This document shows, piece after piece, positions 38,479 to 48,233 of a DNA stretch of 64,000 nt. Under the pieces are notes generated by a model. It was not told the DNA's origin and did no database searches. It saw nothing but the letters and a program-made list of their open reading frames with translations. The DNA lies in assembly GCA_009838075.1 (NCBI GenBank), contig VXSG01000020.1, forward strand, positions 25,276-89,275, written 5' to 3'. Positions within the stretch are counted from its first letter, which is position 1. Every line of letters starts with the position of its first letter. This DNA comes from Boseongicola sp. SB0665_bin_10. Lineage in GTDB: Bacteria; Pseudomonadota; Alphaproteobacteria; Rhodobacterales; Rhodobacteraceae. The position numbers and the translations under genes were made by a program.

Positions 38479-39441
38479 ATGGAACGTCGCGCCATTGGAA
38501 AGACGCCGGTAGCCATCACGCCAATCATGTTCGGCACCTCGGCGCTCGGGCACATGCCGGACACCTATGGCTACGGCGTGGACGAGGGTCGCGCCCGCGC
38601 GACCCTTGACGCCATCTTCGCCGGGCCGGTGAATTGCCTCGACACGTCGAACAACTACGGATTCGGCAGGAGCGAAATTCGGATCGGCGAGGCGATTCGC
38701 GCGCGTGGCGGACTGCCCGAAGGATTCGTGATCTCGACCAAGCTCGACCGTGAAATGGAGACGGGAAGGTTCGATTCCGGCCAGGCGCGCCGATCGATCG
38801 AGCAAAGCCTTGGCCGGCTTGGGGTCGACAAGGTCGGCCTCCTGCACCTGCACGACCCGGAGCACGCAGCGAGCCTTGACGAGATCACGCGAGAGGGCGG
38901 TGCGCTCGACGAACTCTTCAAGATGAAGGAGGAAGGAATCGCCGATGCGGTCGGCCTGGCAATGGGACGCGTCGACATGATGTTTCCGATCCTCAAGGAA
39001 AGACCGTTCGACGCACTCATCAACCACAACCGCTGGACGTTGCTGAACCGGTCGGCTGACGAGATGTTCGATTATGCCAGCACCAGGGGAATTGCGATTC
39101 TGAACGCGGCACCCTTTGCGGGCGGCGTTCTTGCGAAGGGCGCGGACCAAATGCCCAAGATCAGCTACAGCCCGGCTGACGAGACCGCCCTGGCACCGGT
39201 GCGCCAAATCGAGGCCCTGGCGGCAAGGCATGGCGTCGCTCCCGGGGCGGTCGCGCTGCAGTTCTCCACCCGCGACCCGAGGATCACCGCAACGATCGTG
39301 GGGGTTTCAAGGCCAGACCGGGTTCACGAAATGCTTGAGTGGAATGACATGTCATTGCCACCGGAACTTCTGGAAGCGCTCGCCTCCCTGCCCTACAGCA
39401 TGGATGACCCGGAAGCGCACCGGGACTATCGCCCCGGATAG
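38479..39441 (+). CDS. aldo/keto reductase (aldose/fucose 1-dehydrogenase-like)
   Basis: 'FGTSALG', 'LDTSNNYGFGRSEIRIGEAI' and 'GLLHLHDPE'. GGAGGG RBS upstream. Confidence 0.85.
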   Translation: MERRAIGKTPVAITPIMFGTSALGHMPDTYGYGVDEGRARATLDAIFAGPVNCLDTSNNYGFGRSEIRIGEAIRARGGLPEGFVISTKLDREMETGRFDSGQARRSIEQSLGRLGVDKVGLLHLHDPEHAASLDEITREGGALDELFKMKEEGIADAVGLAMGRVDMMFPILKERPFDALINHNRWTLLNRSADEMFDYASTRGIAILNAAPFAGGVLAKGADQMPKISYSPADETALAPVRQIEALAARHGVAPGAVALQFSTRDPRITATIVGVSRPDRVHEMLEWNDMSLPPELLEALASLPYSMDDPEAHRDYRPG

Positions 39442-39711
39442 CGACACGGGGCGGTCGAAAGGCCGAGCAAGGCAGCAAGTACCGACCTCCGGCCCGCGTG
39501 CAGTTCCGCACGACGGATCCGCAAGTTTCGGAAATGTGCGCCCGGCTCTGGCCGACTGGGCACTTCCGGCATGTCAGCATTTGGCTGCAGGTCCCTGTTC
39601 TTTCTGCGTCCGTTCACTTCGGCAGGGGCCGCGGCGATCTTCGGGATCGGGCGTGAGATGATGAACCCGCGACCGCCAAGCTGGTTCAGGTCGTGACCTG
39701 AGTGTCGTGTC

Positions 39712-41007
39712 TCACATCAGCAACGTCGGCAGGAAGAGCGCGATCTGGGGCAGCATCGCCAGACCCGCGATCCCGGCAAGAAGAATCAGCCAGTACGGTA
39801 TCGTTGCGACGGCGGCTTCGCCAAGCGACACCTTCTCTTTCGTGACAGAGACAAGAACGGACAGGTTAAGCCCCACTGGCGGAGTGACCTGCCCGATCTC
39901 GATCAGGATGGTGATGATGACGCCCAACCAAATGGCGTCATACCCTAGCCCGACCATGAGCGGCACCACGATCGGGAGAGTCATGATCATTAGCGAGAGC
40001 CCATCGAAGAAACAGCCCAGCACCAGGTAGATCAGCACAACCAGCGCCAAGACCTGCAACGGCCCAAGATCTGCAGCACGCACCGCCTCAAGGATTGACT
40101 GCGGAACACCGAGAAGGCTGACGGCCTGTGCAAGAATGGTCGCGCCCATGACCACGAACGCGATCGAAGCGAAGAGCAGGATCGCGGCATAGAAGCTCTC
40201 GACCAGCGTCTTGAGGGTCAGGTTGCCCCAGAACCGGCCCACGACCATCGTCGCGATCACGCCGATTCCGGCGGCCTCCGTCGGCGTTGCGAATCCGAAT
40301 GCGATGCTGCCCATGATTGCCAAGATCAGCAGCAGGAAAGGCCACAGGCTCAAGACCTTGAGCAGGATCGTCCTCGGGCCGGCGGCGGAATCCCCCCTTG
40401 GGGAAAGGTCCGGCCGGGACAGGCACCGCACGAATATGTAGAGCATGAACATCGCCGCGAAGAGCAGGCCGGGCACGAGACCGGCCAGGAACAGCCGCCC
40501 GATCGAGGTTTCGGTCAACGCGCCATAGATCAGCAGCGAAAGGCTGGGCGGGATCAGCAGGCCGAGCGTGCCACCGCCGGCCAGCGACGCGACGACCATC
40601 CGTCGGTCATAGCCGCGTTCGGTCATCTCGGGATAGGCGACGGATCCGACCGCCGCTGCGGTTGACAGGCTTGATCCGCTGACTGCGCCGAAGAGCGTGC
40701 AAACGGCGATGTTGGTGTGCAGAAGGCCGCCCGGCAACCGCTGGAAGAGGGGCACCAGCGCCGTGTAGATTCTTTCGCTGACTCCGCTCCGCAGCATGAT
40801 CTCGCCCAGCATGATGAAGAGGGGAATTGCGCTGAGCGTGAAGGAGTTCAGCACGTTCCAGACAGCGTCGACCGCGACATAGGTGGACCCGCCGGCAAGG
40901 AAGTGAAGGATCAGGAGTCCGGTGAGGCCAAGCGCCGCGCCCAGTGCAAGCCCCGAGCCTGCGAGAACCGCCAGGCCGCCGACCAGAAGCCCCCAGAAAC
41001 TGAACAT
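39712..41007 (-). CDS. dctM: TRAP transporter large permease
   Basis: 431-aa polytopic protein with 'LFGAVSGSSLSTAAAVGSVAYPEM' and 'LIPPSLSLLIYGAL', typical DctM motifs. Confidence 0.9.
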   Translation of the reverse strand: MFSFWGLLVGGLAVLAGSGLALGAALGLTGLLILHFLAGGSTYVAVDAVWNVLNSFTLSAIPLFIMLGEIMLRSGVSERIYTALVPLFQRLPGGLLHTNIAVCTLFGAVSGSSLSTAAAVGSVAYPEMTERGYDRRMVVASLAGGGTLGLLIPPSLSLLIYGALTETSIGRLFLAGLVPGLLFAAMFMLYIFVRCLSRPDLSPRGDSAAGPRTILLKVLSLWPFLLLILAIMGSIAFGFATPTEAAGIGVIATMVVGRFWGNLTLKTLVESFYAAILLFASIAFVVMGATILAQAVSLLGVPQSILEAVRAADLGPLQVLALVVLIYLVLGCFFDGLSLMIMTLPIVVPLMVGLGYDAIWLGVIITILIEIGQVTPPVGLNLSVLVSVTKEKVSLGEAAVATIPYWLILLAGIAGLAMLPQIALFLPTLLM

Positions 41008-41025
41008 CGCTTTCCTTCTGCCTGG

Positions 41026-41559
41026 TCAGGATTGGGCCGTGTCCCGGCCGCCGCTGGCCGACGCGCCACGTGCCAGGAACGCCACCATGCTCAACGCCAT
41101 GGACAAGGGAAGAAGCGCCATCCAGGGATACATCAGAAGGCGGCCGACCTCGGTCTTGATGTTGCGGTCAAACGCGAATTCCAGCCAAGGAACGCAGAGC
41201 GCAAGAAACCACAGGCAGAACGCGGCACCGAAGAGCGCCGCCAGAATGCCGACCGAACGCGCCGCCCTGTCCGGCAGCATCGAGACAAGCACGAGCACAC
41301 GAACGTGCTCGGCACGAAGCGTGGCGAGAGGCAGCGCGAGAAAGAACGCTGCCGTCATCAGGAGCCCGACAAGCTCTTCGGTGAACCGGAACGGGGCGAA
41401 CGCGAAATACCGCATTGTCACGCTTGCGCCGATCAGGACGACGATCGCGCCGCCGGCCAGTGCCGCCATGACAGCCATGACGACGAAGACAGGCACCAGC
41501 AAGTCCTCGATGCGGATCGAGGATGCCGCACGCCCGTCCTCTTTCCTGCGGCCGCCCAA
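41026..41559 (-). CDS. dctQ: TRAP transporter small permease
   Basis: Hydrophobic core 'IEDLLVPVFVVMAVMAALAGGAIVVLIGASVTMRYFF...' within ORF 41026-41958. The start is tentatively the in-frame TTG at 41559, just after the dctP stop. The alternative is the internal ATG. Confidence 0.65.
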   Translation of the reverse strand: MGGRRKEDGRAASSIRIEDLLVPVFVVMAVMAALAGGAIVVLIGASVTMRYFAFAPFRFTEELVGLLMTAAFFLALPLATLRAEHVRVLVLVSMLPDRAARSVGILAALFGAAFCLWFLALCVPWLEFAFDRNIKTEVGRLLMYPWMALLPLSMALSMVAFLARGASASGGRDTAQS

Positions 41560-41561
41560 GC

Positions 41562-42572
41562 TCAGCGTCCGAGGACTCCGAGGATTCTCTGGCGATACTC
41601 GGGTGCCTGGCCCCCTGCTTCCTCGGCCATCTCCTGCCACGTGGCGGAGGCGGCACCCAGGAACGCGGCGCGATCTTCGTCGGAGAACGGCTCGAGGAAC
41701 TCGATTCCCTGCTCGGCCAGCCTGGCACGGGCAGCCTGCTCGTTCTCCTCCGCCTTCGAATACTCGTTGGTGCGCTCCCAGACACGGGCGGCGGCCGTGG
41801 TGACGGCCTCCCGCTCGGCGTCGCTGAGGCTCTCCCACGCACCCTTCGACGCGCCCAGGACGTAGGGAACACCTGCCACCGGATAGAGGTAGGAGGCGTA
41901 CCTGGTCACTTCCTGAAGCGAGATCGTGTGCGCGAAGAGCGCGGGATAGACGGCGCAATCCACGACACCTGTCTGGAGCGCCACGTACAGGTCGTTCTGG
42001 CCGACGATCTGGGCCGAGACGCCCAGCTTGGTGAAGGTCTCGACCTGGTCGTTGCTCCAGACGCGCAGCTTCTTCTTCCTGAGGTCTTCAAGCGACTGAA
42101 CCGGTTCCTCGCGGCAGAAGATCGAGGCCTTCAGGAGCGGCAGGGCCATGAACCCGGTCGGCACGATGCCCATTTCGCCCAGCACCTCGGCGTAGATCTC
42201 CTGGATTTCAGGCAGCGCGGAAATCAGTTCCTCGGGACTGCCGACCGAACCCTGGATCATCACCGCGTTCAGGGCGGGTACGTCGCGACCGAGGTAGTTC
42301 GCCCAGACCAGGCCCATCTCGACCGCCCCGCGGGGCAGCCAGCGCGCCACGTCGTTGTCCTTCAGGTTCAACGAACCGCCGTGGAACACGTCGATCATGA
42401 GGCTGCCGCCGGTCAGTTCTGCCACGTCCGCAGCAAAGGTCTCGAGCTGCGCTGACTCTCCACGACCTTCCGGAAGCCCGTTGTTGAATTTCCATTCTGC
42501 CGCATCCACGGCCCCGGCGGACATTCCCAGAAATGACGCCGCGAACAGAGTCCGGCGAAGAATTGCAAGCAT
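41562..42572 (-). CDS. dctP: TRAP transporter substrate-binding protein
   Basis: Signal peptide '[24 protein letters not shown]' and a DctP-like body. AAGGGAG RBS upstream. Confidence 0.85.
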   Translation of the reverse strand: MLAILRRTLFAASFLGMSAGAVDAAEWKFNNGLPEGRGESAQLETFAADVAELTGGSLMIDVFHGGSLNLKDNDVARWLPRGAVEMGLVWANYLGRDVPALNAVMIQGSVGSPEELISALPEIQEIYAEVLGEMGIVPTGFMALPLLKASIFCREEPVQSLEDLRKKKLRVWSNDQVETFTKLGVSAQIVGQNDLYVALQTGVVDCAVYPALFAHTISLQEVTRYASYLYPVAGVPYVLGASKGAWESLSDAEREAVTTAAARVWERTNEYSKAEENEQAARARLAEQGIEFLEPFSDEDRAAFLGAASATWQEMAEEAGGQAPEYRQRILGVLGR

Positions 42573-42603
42573 CCCTTATCTCCCTTTTTCACTCAAAAAT
42601 GCA

Positions 42604-42640
42604 GGCGCATGCCCGAATTGTGGCAATGCGGGCATGCGCC
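42604..42640. promoter_or_regulatory. perfect 12-bp inverted repeat (GGCGCATGCCCG-N13-CGGGCATGCGCC) upstream of the TRAP operon
   Basis: Read directly. Lies 32-68 nt upstream of the dctP ATG. Confidence 0.5.
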
Positions 42641-43105
42641 AATAGGATTGGACCATTGAAATCTATCAGAACCCGAGAATCAATCGACTTTGCGCCGACC
42701 GAAGCCGACATGGCAAAACTGGAAGCCGCCGAGGACGCTCCCGGGCGGAACATGCAGCGGAAGCGTCGGCCTGACATCGACAGGGACGGTCACTCCAGCG
42801 AAGGGAGCAGACCGGATGCAGAAGGTCAGCCGGCAATGACCTCCTGGACCGGGGCGTTGGCTCAATCTCCCGTCCAGCGGGCATGGAAGCGCTCGGCCCG
42901 GGCGGACGCACAGGAGTCCCGACCGAGACCCGAGGGGGTGTCTTGACGCTCACAGGGGCTCGGATCCGAAGCGGACGCGCCAAATGCCTGAATGGATCGA
43001 CTCGCCGTTTCCGCCTAGACTTCAGGCGAAGCAACTTCCGGACAGGACCGCGTCGCATCCTGACTTCAGGCATCCGATCTTCGGACCGGTCCTTCAGGTT
43101 GCGCG

Positions 43106-44125
43106 TCAGGCAGCCCTTCCGACATGCATGTCTCCGTCGCCGGCGGATTGCGCGACCGCTTCAAGAGCTTCAAGCACGACTTCAACCCCCGCACCATCTT
43201 CACGCACGTGCTCGGAGAGACTGCGCCGCCAGCGACGTGCACCAACACGCCCTGCGAAGAGGCCGAGCATGTGCCGCGTTACCGCATGGAGACGACCGCC
43301 GTCGCCAAGGTGACGCTCGATGTAGGGGCACATTGCGTGTACCACCTCCACAGGCGAGTTGAACGGCGGTTTCTCGCCAAAGATGTCGGGGTCAGCCGTG
43401 CCGAGGATACGCCATGGCGACTGATAGGCTGCCCGCCCGATCATGACGCCGTCCATGCCCCTGCCCAGCAACACCCGTGCCTGATCCAGGGATGCGATGC
43501 CGCCGTTCGAGATGATCCGGAGGTCGGGAAACCGGTCCTTCATTTCGCAGACGAGGTCGTGGTCCAAAGGCGGAATTTCGCGATTCTGCTTCGGACTGAG
43601 TCCCTGAAGCCACGCCTTTCGCGCATGGACCGCCACAGTCGTCACGCCAACATCCCTGACGCGTTGCAGGAAGTCCGGAAGCACGATGGCAGGATCTTGG
43701 TCATCGACCCCGATCCGGCACTTGACCGTGACCGGAACCGTGACGGCCGACCGCATGGCCGCCAGGCAATCCGCCACCAGTTCAGGCCTCTTCATGAGCA
43801 CGGCGCCAAACGTTCCCGACTGCACTTTTTCGGAAGGACAGCCGACGTTCAGGTTGACCTCGTCATAACCCTCTGCCGCGGCAATGCGCGCGGCTTCGGC
43901 CAGTTCGGACGGGTCCGAACCGCCAAGCTGCAGTGCCAACGGACGTTCTGCGTCGTCGAAGGCGATGAGATGCCTGGCATTGCCGCGAACCAGTGCGGCG
44001 GACGTCACCATCTCAGTATAGAGCCGTACACGGCGGGACATCAGCCGGTGCAGGTACCTGCAATGGCGATCAGTCCAGTCCATCATCGGCGCAATGGAAA
44101 GCCTGGAATGCTGGCCGGTATCCAT
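43106..44125 (-). CDS. dusA: tRNA-dihydrouridine(20/20a) synthase DusA
   Basis: ATG 44125 within ORF 43106-44248 gives 'MDTGQHSRLSIAPMMDWTDRHCRYLHRLMS...LYTEMVT'. Also 'EVNLNVGCPS' and 'HARKAWLQGLSPKQNREIPPLD'. Confidence 0.9.
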   Translation of the reverse strand: MDTGQHSRLSIAPMMDWTDRHCRYLHRLMSRRVRLYTEMVTSAALVRGNARHLIAFDDAERPLALQLGGSDPSELAEAARIAAAEGYDEVNLNVGCPSEKVQSGTFGAVLMKRPELVADCLAAMRSAVTVPVTVKCRIGVDDQDPAIVLPDFLQRVRDVGVTTVAVHARKAWLQGLSPKQNREIPPLDHDLVCEMKDRFPDLRIISNGGIASLDQARVLLGRGMDGVMIGRAAYQSPWRILGTADPDIFGEKPPFNSPVEVVHAMCPYIERHLGDGGRLHAVTRHMLGLFAGRVGARRWRRSLSEHVREDGAGVEVVLEALEAVAQSAGDGDMHVGRAA

Positions 44126-44449
44126 TTCTTGTCTAGCTTCAGACCGTTGGCAGCGACTGCTGCACCACAGAATTGCTCCCCATATCGCCGGATCTGCGCG
44201 TCTGCGACGCCACATTGCACACATAGCGCACGCAAGGGCTGCCCACAATTGCCAAGCGCTCCGCCGGTGCTTACCGGGTCCAGATCAGACGAAAGGGCCG
44301 CTACGCGCGCAAGAGGTTTCGCCGCCGCGACGACGCCCATCGCCGGGCCCGCAGGACGTCACGACAAAGGGCCATCGAGCGCTGACAATCGCCTACCAAG
44401 ATCACGCAGTGGTCAAAACTGATCTGGCTCATCACGCGCCCACCCGCTC

Positions 44450-45262
44450 TCAGTCGAACATGTCGGGCTGATCATCGACTAGCTGGTTCCAGATCGTCTG
44501 AAAGTGCAACCAGCCGATATATTCACTTCCCACGTGCTCGCGGCTGTAGCGGGCCTTGTCGTCGGAAATGCGTATTGGCTCGACGCCTGAGGCTGCGATT
44601 TCGAGCTGTTGCCTGCAGCAGCGTTCAAGCGCGATGAACCAGAAGGCCGCGCTCTCGATGGAATGGCGCGAGGCGGTCAGCAGGCCATGGTTTTGGTGCA
44701 GCGCCGCCTTCACGCCCTTGAAGGCCTTGGAAACATCAGAGCCCGCATGGTTTTCGACCGCGACGGCCCCGGCATGATCGCCGATGACAACATGGTCCTC
44801 GAAGAAGGCGCAAGCGTCCTGCGTGATCGGGTCGACCGGGCGGCCCGTGGCACACCAGGCCGTGCCATGAACTGTGTGTGCGTGGCACATGGCGAGGATG
44901 TCGGGGTGCTCTTCATGGACATTGGCGTGCAGCACGAAACCAGCGCGGTTCACGGCGTGCTTGCCTTCGACCACTGTGCCTTCATGGTCTACCAGGATGA
45001 GGTTCGACAGCTTTACCTTGTCGAAATGCACGCACATCGGGTTGGTCCAGTAAAGCTCCGGCCGCCCCGGGTCGCGGACAGTCAGGTGACCGGCGAACCC
45101 GTAGTCAAACCCTTGAAGAGCAAAGGCGCGGCAGGCCGCGACAAGCCGTTCCTTGCGGTGCTGCCGCTCCTCTTCGACAGTGGCGAACTCGGGCATCTCG
45201 GGAAAGATCAACCCCTCCTGCTCCGGTTGATAGATCGAGACGCGGTTTCCCAGGTCGACCAT
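44450..45262 (-). CDS. class II aldolase/adducin family protein (second copy in the window)
   Basis: 'GFAGHLTVRDPG', 'AGFVLHANVHEEHPDILAMCHAHTVHGTAW' and 'ALHQNHGLLTA'. GAAGGAAGG RBS upstream. Confidence 0.85.
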   Translation of the reverse strand: MVDLGNRVSIYQPEQEGLIFPEMPEFATVEEERQHRKERLVAACRAFALQGFDYGFAGHLTVRDPGRPELYWTNPMCVHFDKVKLSNLILVDHEGTVVEGKHAVNRAGFVLHANVHEEHPDILAMCHAHTVHGTAWCATGRPVDPITQDACAFFEDHVVIGDHAGAVAVENHAGSDVSKAFKGVKAALHQNHGLLTASRHSIESAAFWFIALERCCRQQLEIAASGVEPIRISDDKARYSREHVGSEYIGWLHFQTIWNQLVDDQPDMFD

Positions 45263-45277
45263 GGCGAGAACCTTCCT

Positions 45278-46078
45278 TCACTCGGCGGCGTGTTTGTAGG
45301 TGCTCGCAAACTTCATGAGTGCATCATCTTCACAAGCTTCGATCGGCGCAAAGTCTTGATGCGCGATCCATTCGGGGCGGGTCGGTTTGCGGATGTGGTT
45401 GGATACCGCATTGAGCGTAAGGTAGACGATCTTGCGGGGGAAGGGCGTGATGTTGCCCGCCGAACCGTGTACCAGGTTGCCGTGGAACATCAAGACACCG
45501 CCGGGCTTGCCGGTGGGCACCACGAGTCCCCCTTCTTCCACCAACTTGGTGACGGTGTCGTTGTCCAGTGTCCACAATGGATAGCTCGTCGTAGAAGTGT
45601 CGTGACCGGCCTTGAGCACGCCGTGCTTGTGGCTCTTGGGGATCAGCATCAGCGGCCCGTTGAATGTGAAAACCTCGTCCAGGAAGACCGAGATGTTCAT
45701 CGCCCGCGGCTCTGGCATGCCATCGTCACGAGCCCAGGTGCCATAATCCTGATGCCACTGCCAGACATCGCCGGTAAAGCTGGCTTTTGCATTGATCTTG
45801 TATTGATGCATATACACCTTTTCGCCGAACAAATGTTCCAGCGGCTCGATCAGGCGCGGGTGTCGGCCAAGAATGCCGAAGGCCTCGTTGTAGGTGTGGG
45901 CGGCGAACGCCGTTCTCGGCGCGCCAGATGTCTCCCGCCAAACCTCTGGGCGGTCCTCATCGTAGATGTTCTCGGCCTCTGCCTTCAGTACAGAGACTTC
46001 TTCGGGTGAGAACGCCTCGGGCAAGAAGATCCAGCCCTCTACCTCAAATTGTCTGACCTGTTCTTCTGTCAGTTTCAT
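45278..46078 (-). CDS. PhyH-family Fe(II)/2-oxoglutarate dioxygenase, ectoine-hydroxylase (EctD)-like
   Basis: 'FEVEGWIFLPEAFS', 'WQWHQDYGTWARDDGMPEPRAMNISVFLDE...NGPLMLIPKSH' and 'HGNLVHGSAGN'. These carry the HxD...H facial triad and resemble the EctD signature region. AAGGGAGGAA RBS upstream. Confidence 0.8.
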   Translation of the reverse strand: MKLTEEQVRQFEVEGWIFLPEAFSPEEVSVLKAEAENIYDEDRPEVWRETSGAPRTAFAAHTYNEAFGILGRHPRLIEPLEHLFGEKVYMHQYKINAKASFTGDVWQWHQDYGTWARDDGMPEPRAMNISVFLDEVFTFNGPLMLIPKSHKHGVLKAGHDTSTTSYPLWTLDNDTVTKLVEEGGLVVPTGKPGGVLMFHGNLVHGSAGNITPFPRKIVYLTLNAVSNHIRKPTRPEWIAHQDFAPIEACEDDALMKFASTYKHAAE

Positions 46079-46093
46079 ATCGCGATTCCTCCC

Positions 46094-46837
46094 TTATTCG
46101 TTTGCATCTTGACCGACATTCATACGGTCGATGCGCTCTCGTGTTTCTTCTCCGGCGCGCCTCGCGTGCTCCTTGGAACGCGCCTCAGCCAGGTCCGCGT
46201 CGCCCGCCAAGACCGGAGCGGCGATTGCCGCGTGTTCTTCCCAGATCAGCGATCTGTGATCCGGCTCATCCAAGACCACGGCCATCGATCGCATGAATTG
46301 TGGCCATTGCTCGGACACAGTGCGAGCAATCTCGTGATTGCCAGAGAGGTCATGCATCGCACGGTGGAACGCCACATCCGCGCGGACCATTTCGATCGTA
46401 TTTGCATGGGAGGGTAGCGCGGCGCCGGTATCCAAAGCAGCCTTGAGCGCGTCCAACTCCGCCGGTTGAGCGCCGCCCTCTGCCACGCGGAACGCGGCGA
46501 GCCGGGCCGCCAGACCGTCGAGCACTTCGCGCACCTGGTACAGGTGCCAAATCTGCTTTCCGTCCAGCGGCACAACAGCCAACCCCTTGCGCCCATGCTG
46601 AACGACCAAGCCCTGGTGCTTGAGCACCTGGAGCGCGTGACTCACGGGTTGGCGGGAGACGTCTAGCAGCTCTGCAACGCGGCCCTGAGTGAGCCGCATG
46701 CCTGGCGGCAGGCGACCAATCGAGATCGCTTCGACCAGCCTGCCATGGACCAGATCAATAAGTGCAGGCTCCGACTTGAGCGGGTCCAGAAGCTCCGCAA
46801 CTTGTTCTTTCCTGGCCTCAACGAGCTCTGTTGACAT
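46094..46837 (-). CDS. GntR-family (FadR/FCD subfamily) transcriptional regulator
   Basis: ATG 46837 within ORF 46094-46930. Motifs: 'LPPGMRLTQGRVAELLDVSRQPVSHALQVLKHQGLV', followed by an all-helical FCD-like domain. Confidence 0.85.
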   Translation of the reverse strand: MSTELVEARKEQVAELLDPLKSEPALIDLVHGRLVEAISIGRLPPGMRLTQGRVAELLDVSRQPVSHALQVLKHQGLVVQHGRKGLAVVPLDGKQIWHLYQVREVLDGLAARLAAFRVAEGGAQPAELDALKAALDTGAALPSHANTIEMVRADVAFHRAMHDLSGNHEIARTVSEQWPQFMRSMAVVLDEPDHRSLIWEEHAAIAAPVLAGDADLAEARSKEHARRAGEETRERIDRMNVGQDANE

Positions 46838-46856
46838 CCGGATGACGTTCTCTGAA

Positions 46857-46884
46857 TTTGGAATTCCGAATGCAGATTTCCAAA
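46857..46884. promoter_or_regulatory. inverted repeat TTTGGAA-N14-TTCCAAA in the divergent gntR/oxidoreductase intergenic region
   Basis: Read directly in the 91-nt, lower-GC intergenic region. Candidate GntR operator. Confidence 0.3.
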
Positions 46885-46928
46885 CACTGCGGATTCTGTC
46901 AAGCGGCACGCCAGGAGGAGGCCATTGC

Positions 46929-48233
46929 ATGTTCGTCTATCAGGAGCTTGTGGCGCGCGCAGAGCAGGAGAAACCAATTCGCGTGGGTTTGATCGGCGCA
47001 GGCAAGTTCGGATCGATGTTCCTGAGCCAGGTACCGACGACGCCGGCGCTGCAGGTTTCCGTCATTGCGGATCTGCGGCCCGACAACGCGCGCAAGGCCT
47101 GCGCCGGGGTCGGCTGGTCGGACGAGCAGATCGGCAGCGTCACCTTCACCGACGATGCGATGGAGATGTTGTTGCGGCACGATGTGGATGTGGTCGCAGA
47201 GGCCACCGGAAACCCGGTTGCGGGTCTGCTCCATGCGCGCGAAGCGATCCGCCAAGGCAAGCACATTGTCATGGTCAATGTCGAAGCCGACGTGTTGGCC
47301 GGGGCGCTGTTGGCCGAAGAAGCCCGAGCGGCCGGCGTGGTCTATTCCATGGCCTATGGCGACCAACCGGCCCTGACCTGCGAAATGGTCGAATGGGCAC
47401 GGGCCTGCGGGTTCAACGTCGTGGCGGCAGGGAAAGGCACAAAATACCTGCCGAGTTACCATGCCTCGACGCCTGACACCGTGTGGGATCACTACGGCCT
47501 GACCCCGGCTCAGGCCGCAGAGGCAGGCATGAATCCGCAAATGTTCAACAGCTTCCTCGATGGCACGAAGTCCGCGCTGGAAATGGCTGCGATCGCGAAT
47601 GCGACGGCGCTCACCCCGCCCGCTGACGGGCTGCTGTTTCCGCCTGCCGGAATGGATGACTTGGCGCATGTCTTGCGCCCCGCCACCGAAGGCGGCCAAC
47701 TTGCTGGCAAGGGCATGGTCGAGGTCGTGTCTTCCATCGAGCGGGATGGCCGCCCGGTTTTCCGTGACCTGCGTTGGGGCGTCTACGTTGTGATCGAGGC
47801 ACCAAATCCCTACGCGGCGGCCTGTTTCAGGCAGTACGGCATGAACACCGACGCCACAGGGCGCTACTCCGCAATGTACAAGCCTTTCCACCTAATCGGT
47901 CTTGAGCTTAACGTCTCGATCCTGTCCGCCGCGTTGCTCGGCAAGCCGACCGGCTCCACCCTATCTTTCGAGGGGGATGTCGTGGCAATCGCCAAGCGCG
48001 ACCTGTCAGTCGGTGAGACGCTTGATGGAGAGGGCGGCTTCACGGTCTATGGCAAGCTGTTGCCCGCGAAGAAGTCGCTTGCCCTGGGTGGCTTGCCCAT
48101 CGGTCTTGCTCATGGCGTCAGGCTGGCGGCGAGTGTTGCCGCCGGTCAGCCGATTACGTGGAGCGACGTCGAAGTCGACGCGACCAATGACGCCGTGAAA
48201 ATCCGACGCGAGATGGAGCAACGGTGCGGATAA
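46929..48233 (+). CDS. NAD(P)-binding oxidoreductase with C-terminal SAF domain (COG4091-like 'homoserine dehydrogenase-like')
   Basis: ATG 46929 (AGGAGGAGG upstream) within ORF 46689-48233. Motifs: 'IRVGLIGAGKFGSMFLSQ' and the SAF-like C-terminus 'VVAIAKRDLSVGETLDGEGGFTVYG'. Confidence 0.75.
   Translation: MFVYQELVARAEQEKPIRVGLIGAGKFGSMFLSQVPTTPALQVSVIADLRPDNARKACAGVGWSDEQIGSVTFTDDAMEMLLRHDVDVVAEATGNPVAGLLHAREAIRQGKHIVMVNVEADVLAGALLAEEARAAGVVYSMAYGDQPALTCEMVEWARACGFNVVAAGKGTKYLPSYHASTPDTVWDHYGLTPAQAAEAGMNPQMFNSFLDGTKSALEMAAIANATALTPPADGLLFPPAGMDDLAHVLRPATEGGQLAGKGMVEVVSSIERDGRPVFRDLRWGVYVVIEAPNPYAAACFRQYGMNTDATGRYSAMYKPFHLIGLELNVSILSAALLGKPTGSTLSFEGDVVAIAKRDLSVGETLDGEGGFTVYGKLLPAKKSLALGGLPIGLAHGVRLAASVAAGQPITWSDVEVDATNDAVKIRREMEQRCG

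Noticed and set aside
37441-39231. Very long ORFs antisense to recognised genes. Examples: 37441-39231 (596 aa), 58259-59725 (488 aa), 44609-46009 (466 aa), 5858-7222 (454 aa), 43124-44422 (432 aa), 33082-34287 (401 aa) and 40717-41865 (382 aa).
   Set aside because: All are Arg/Pro/Gly/His-rich with no recognisable motifs. Each lies exactly opposite a gene with clear family signatures. Long antisense ORFs are an expected artefact of high-GC coding DNA.
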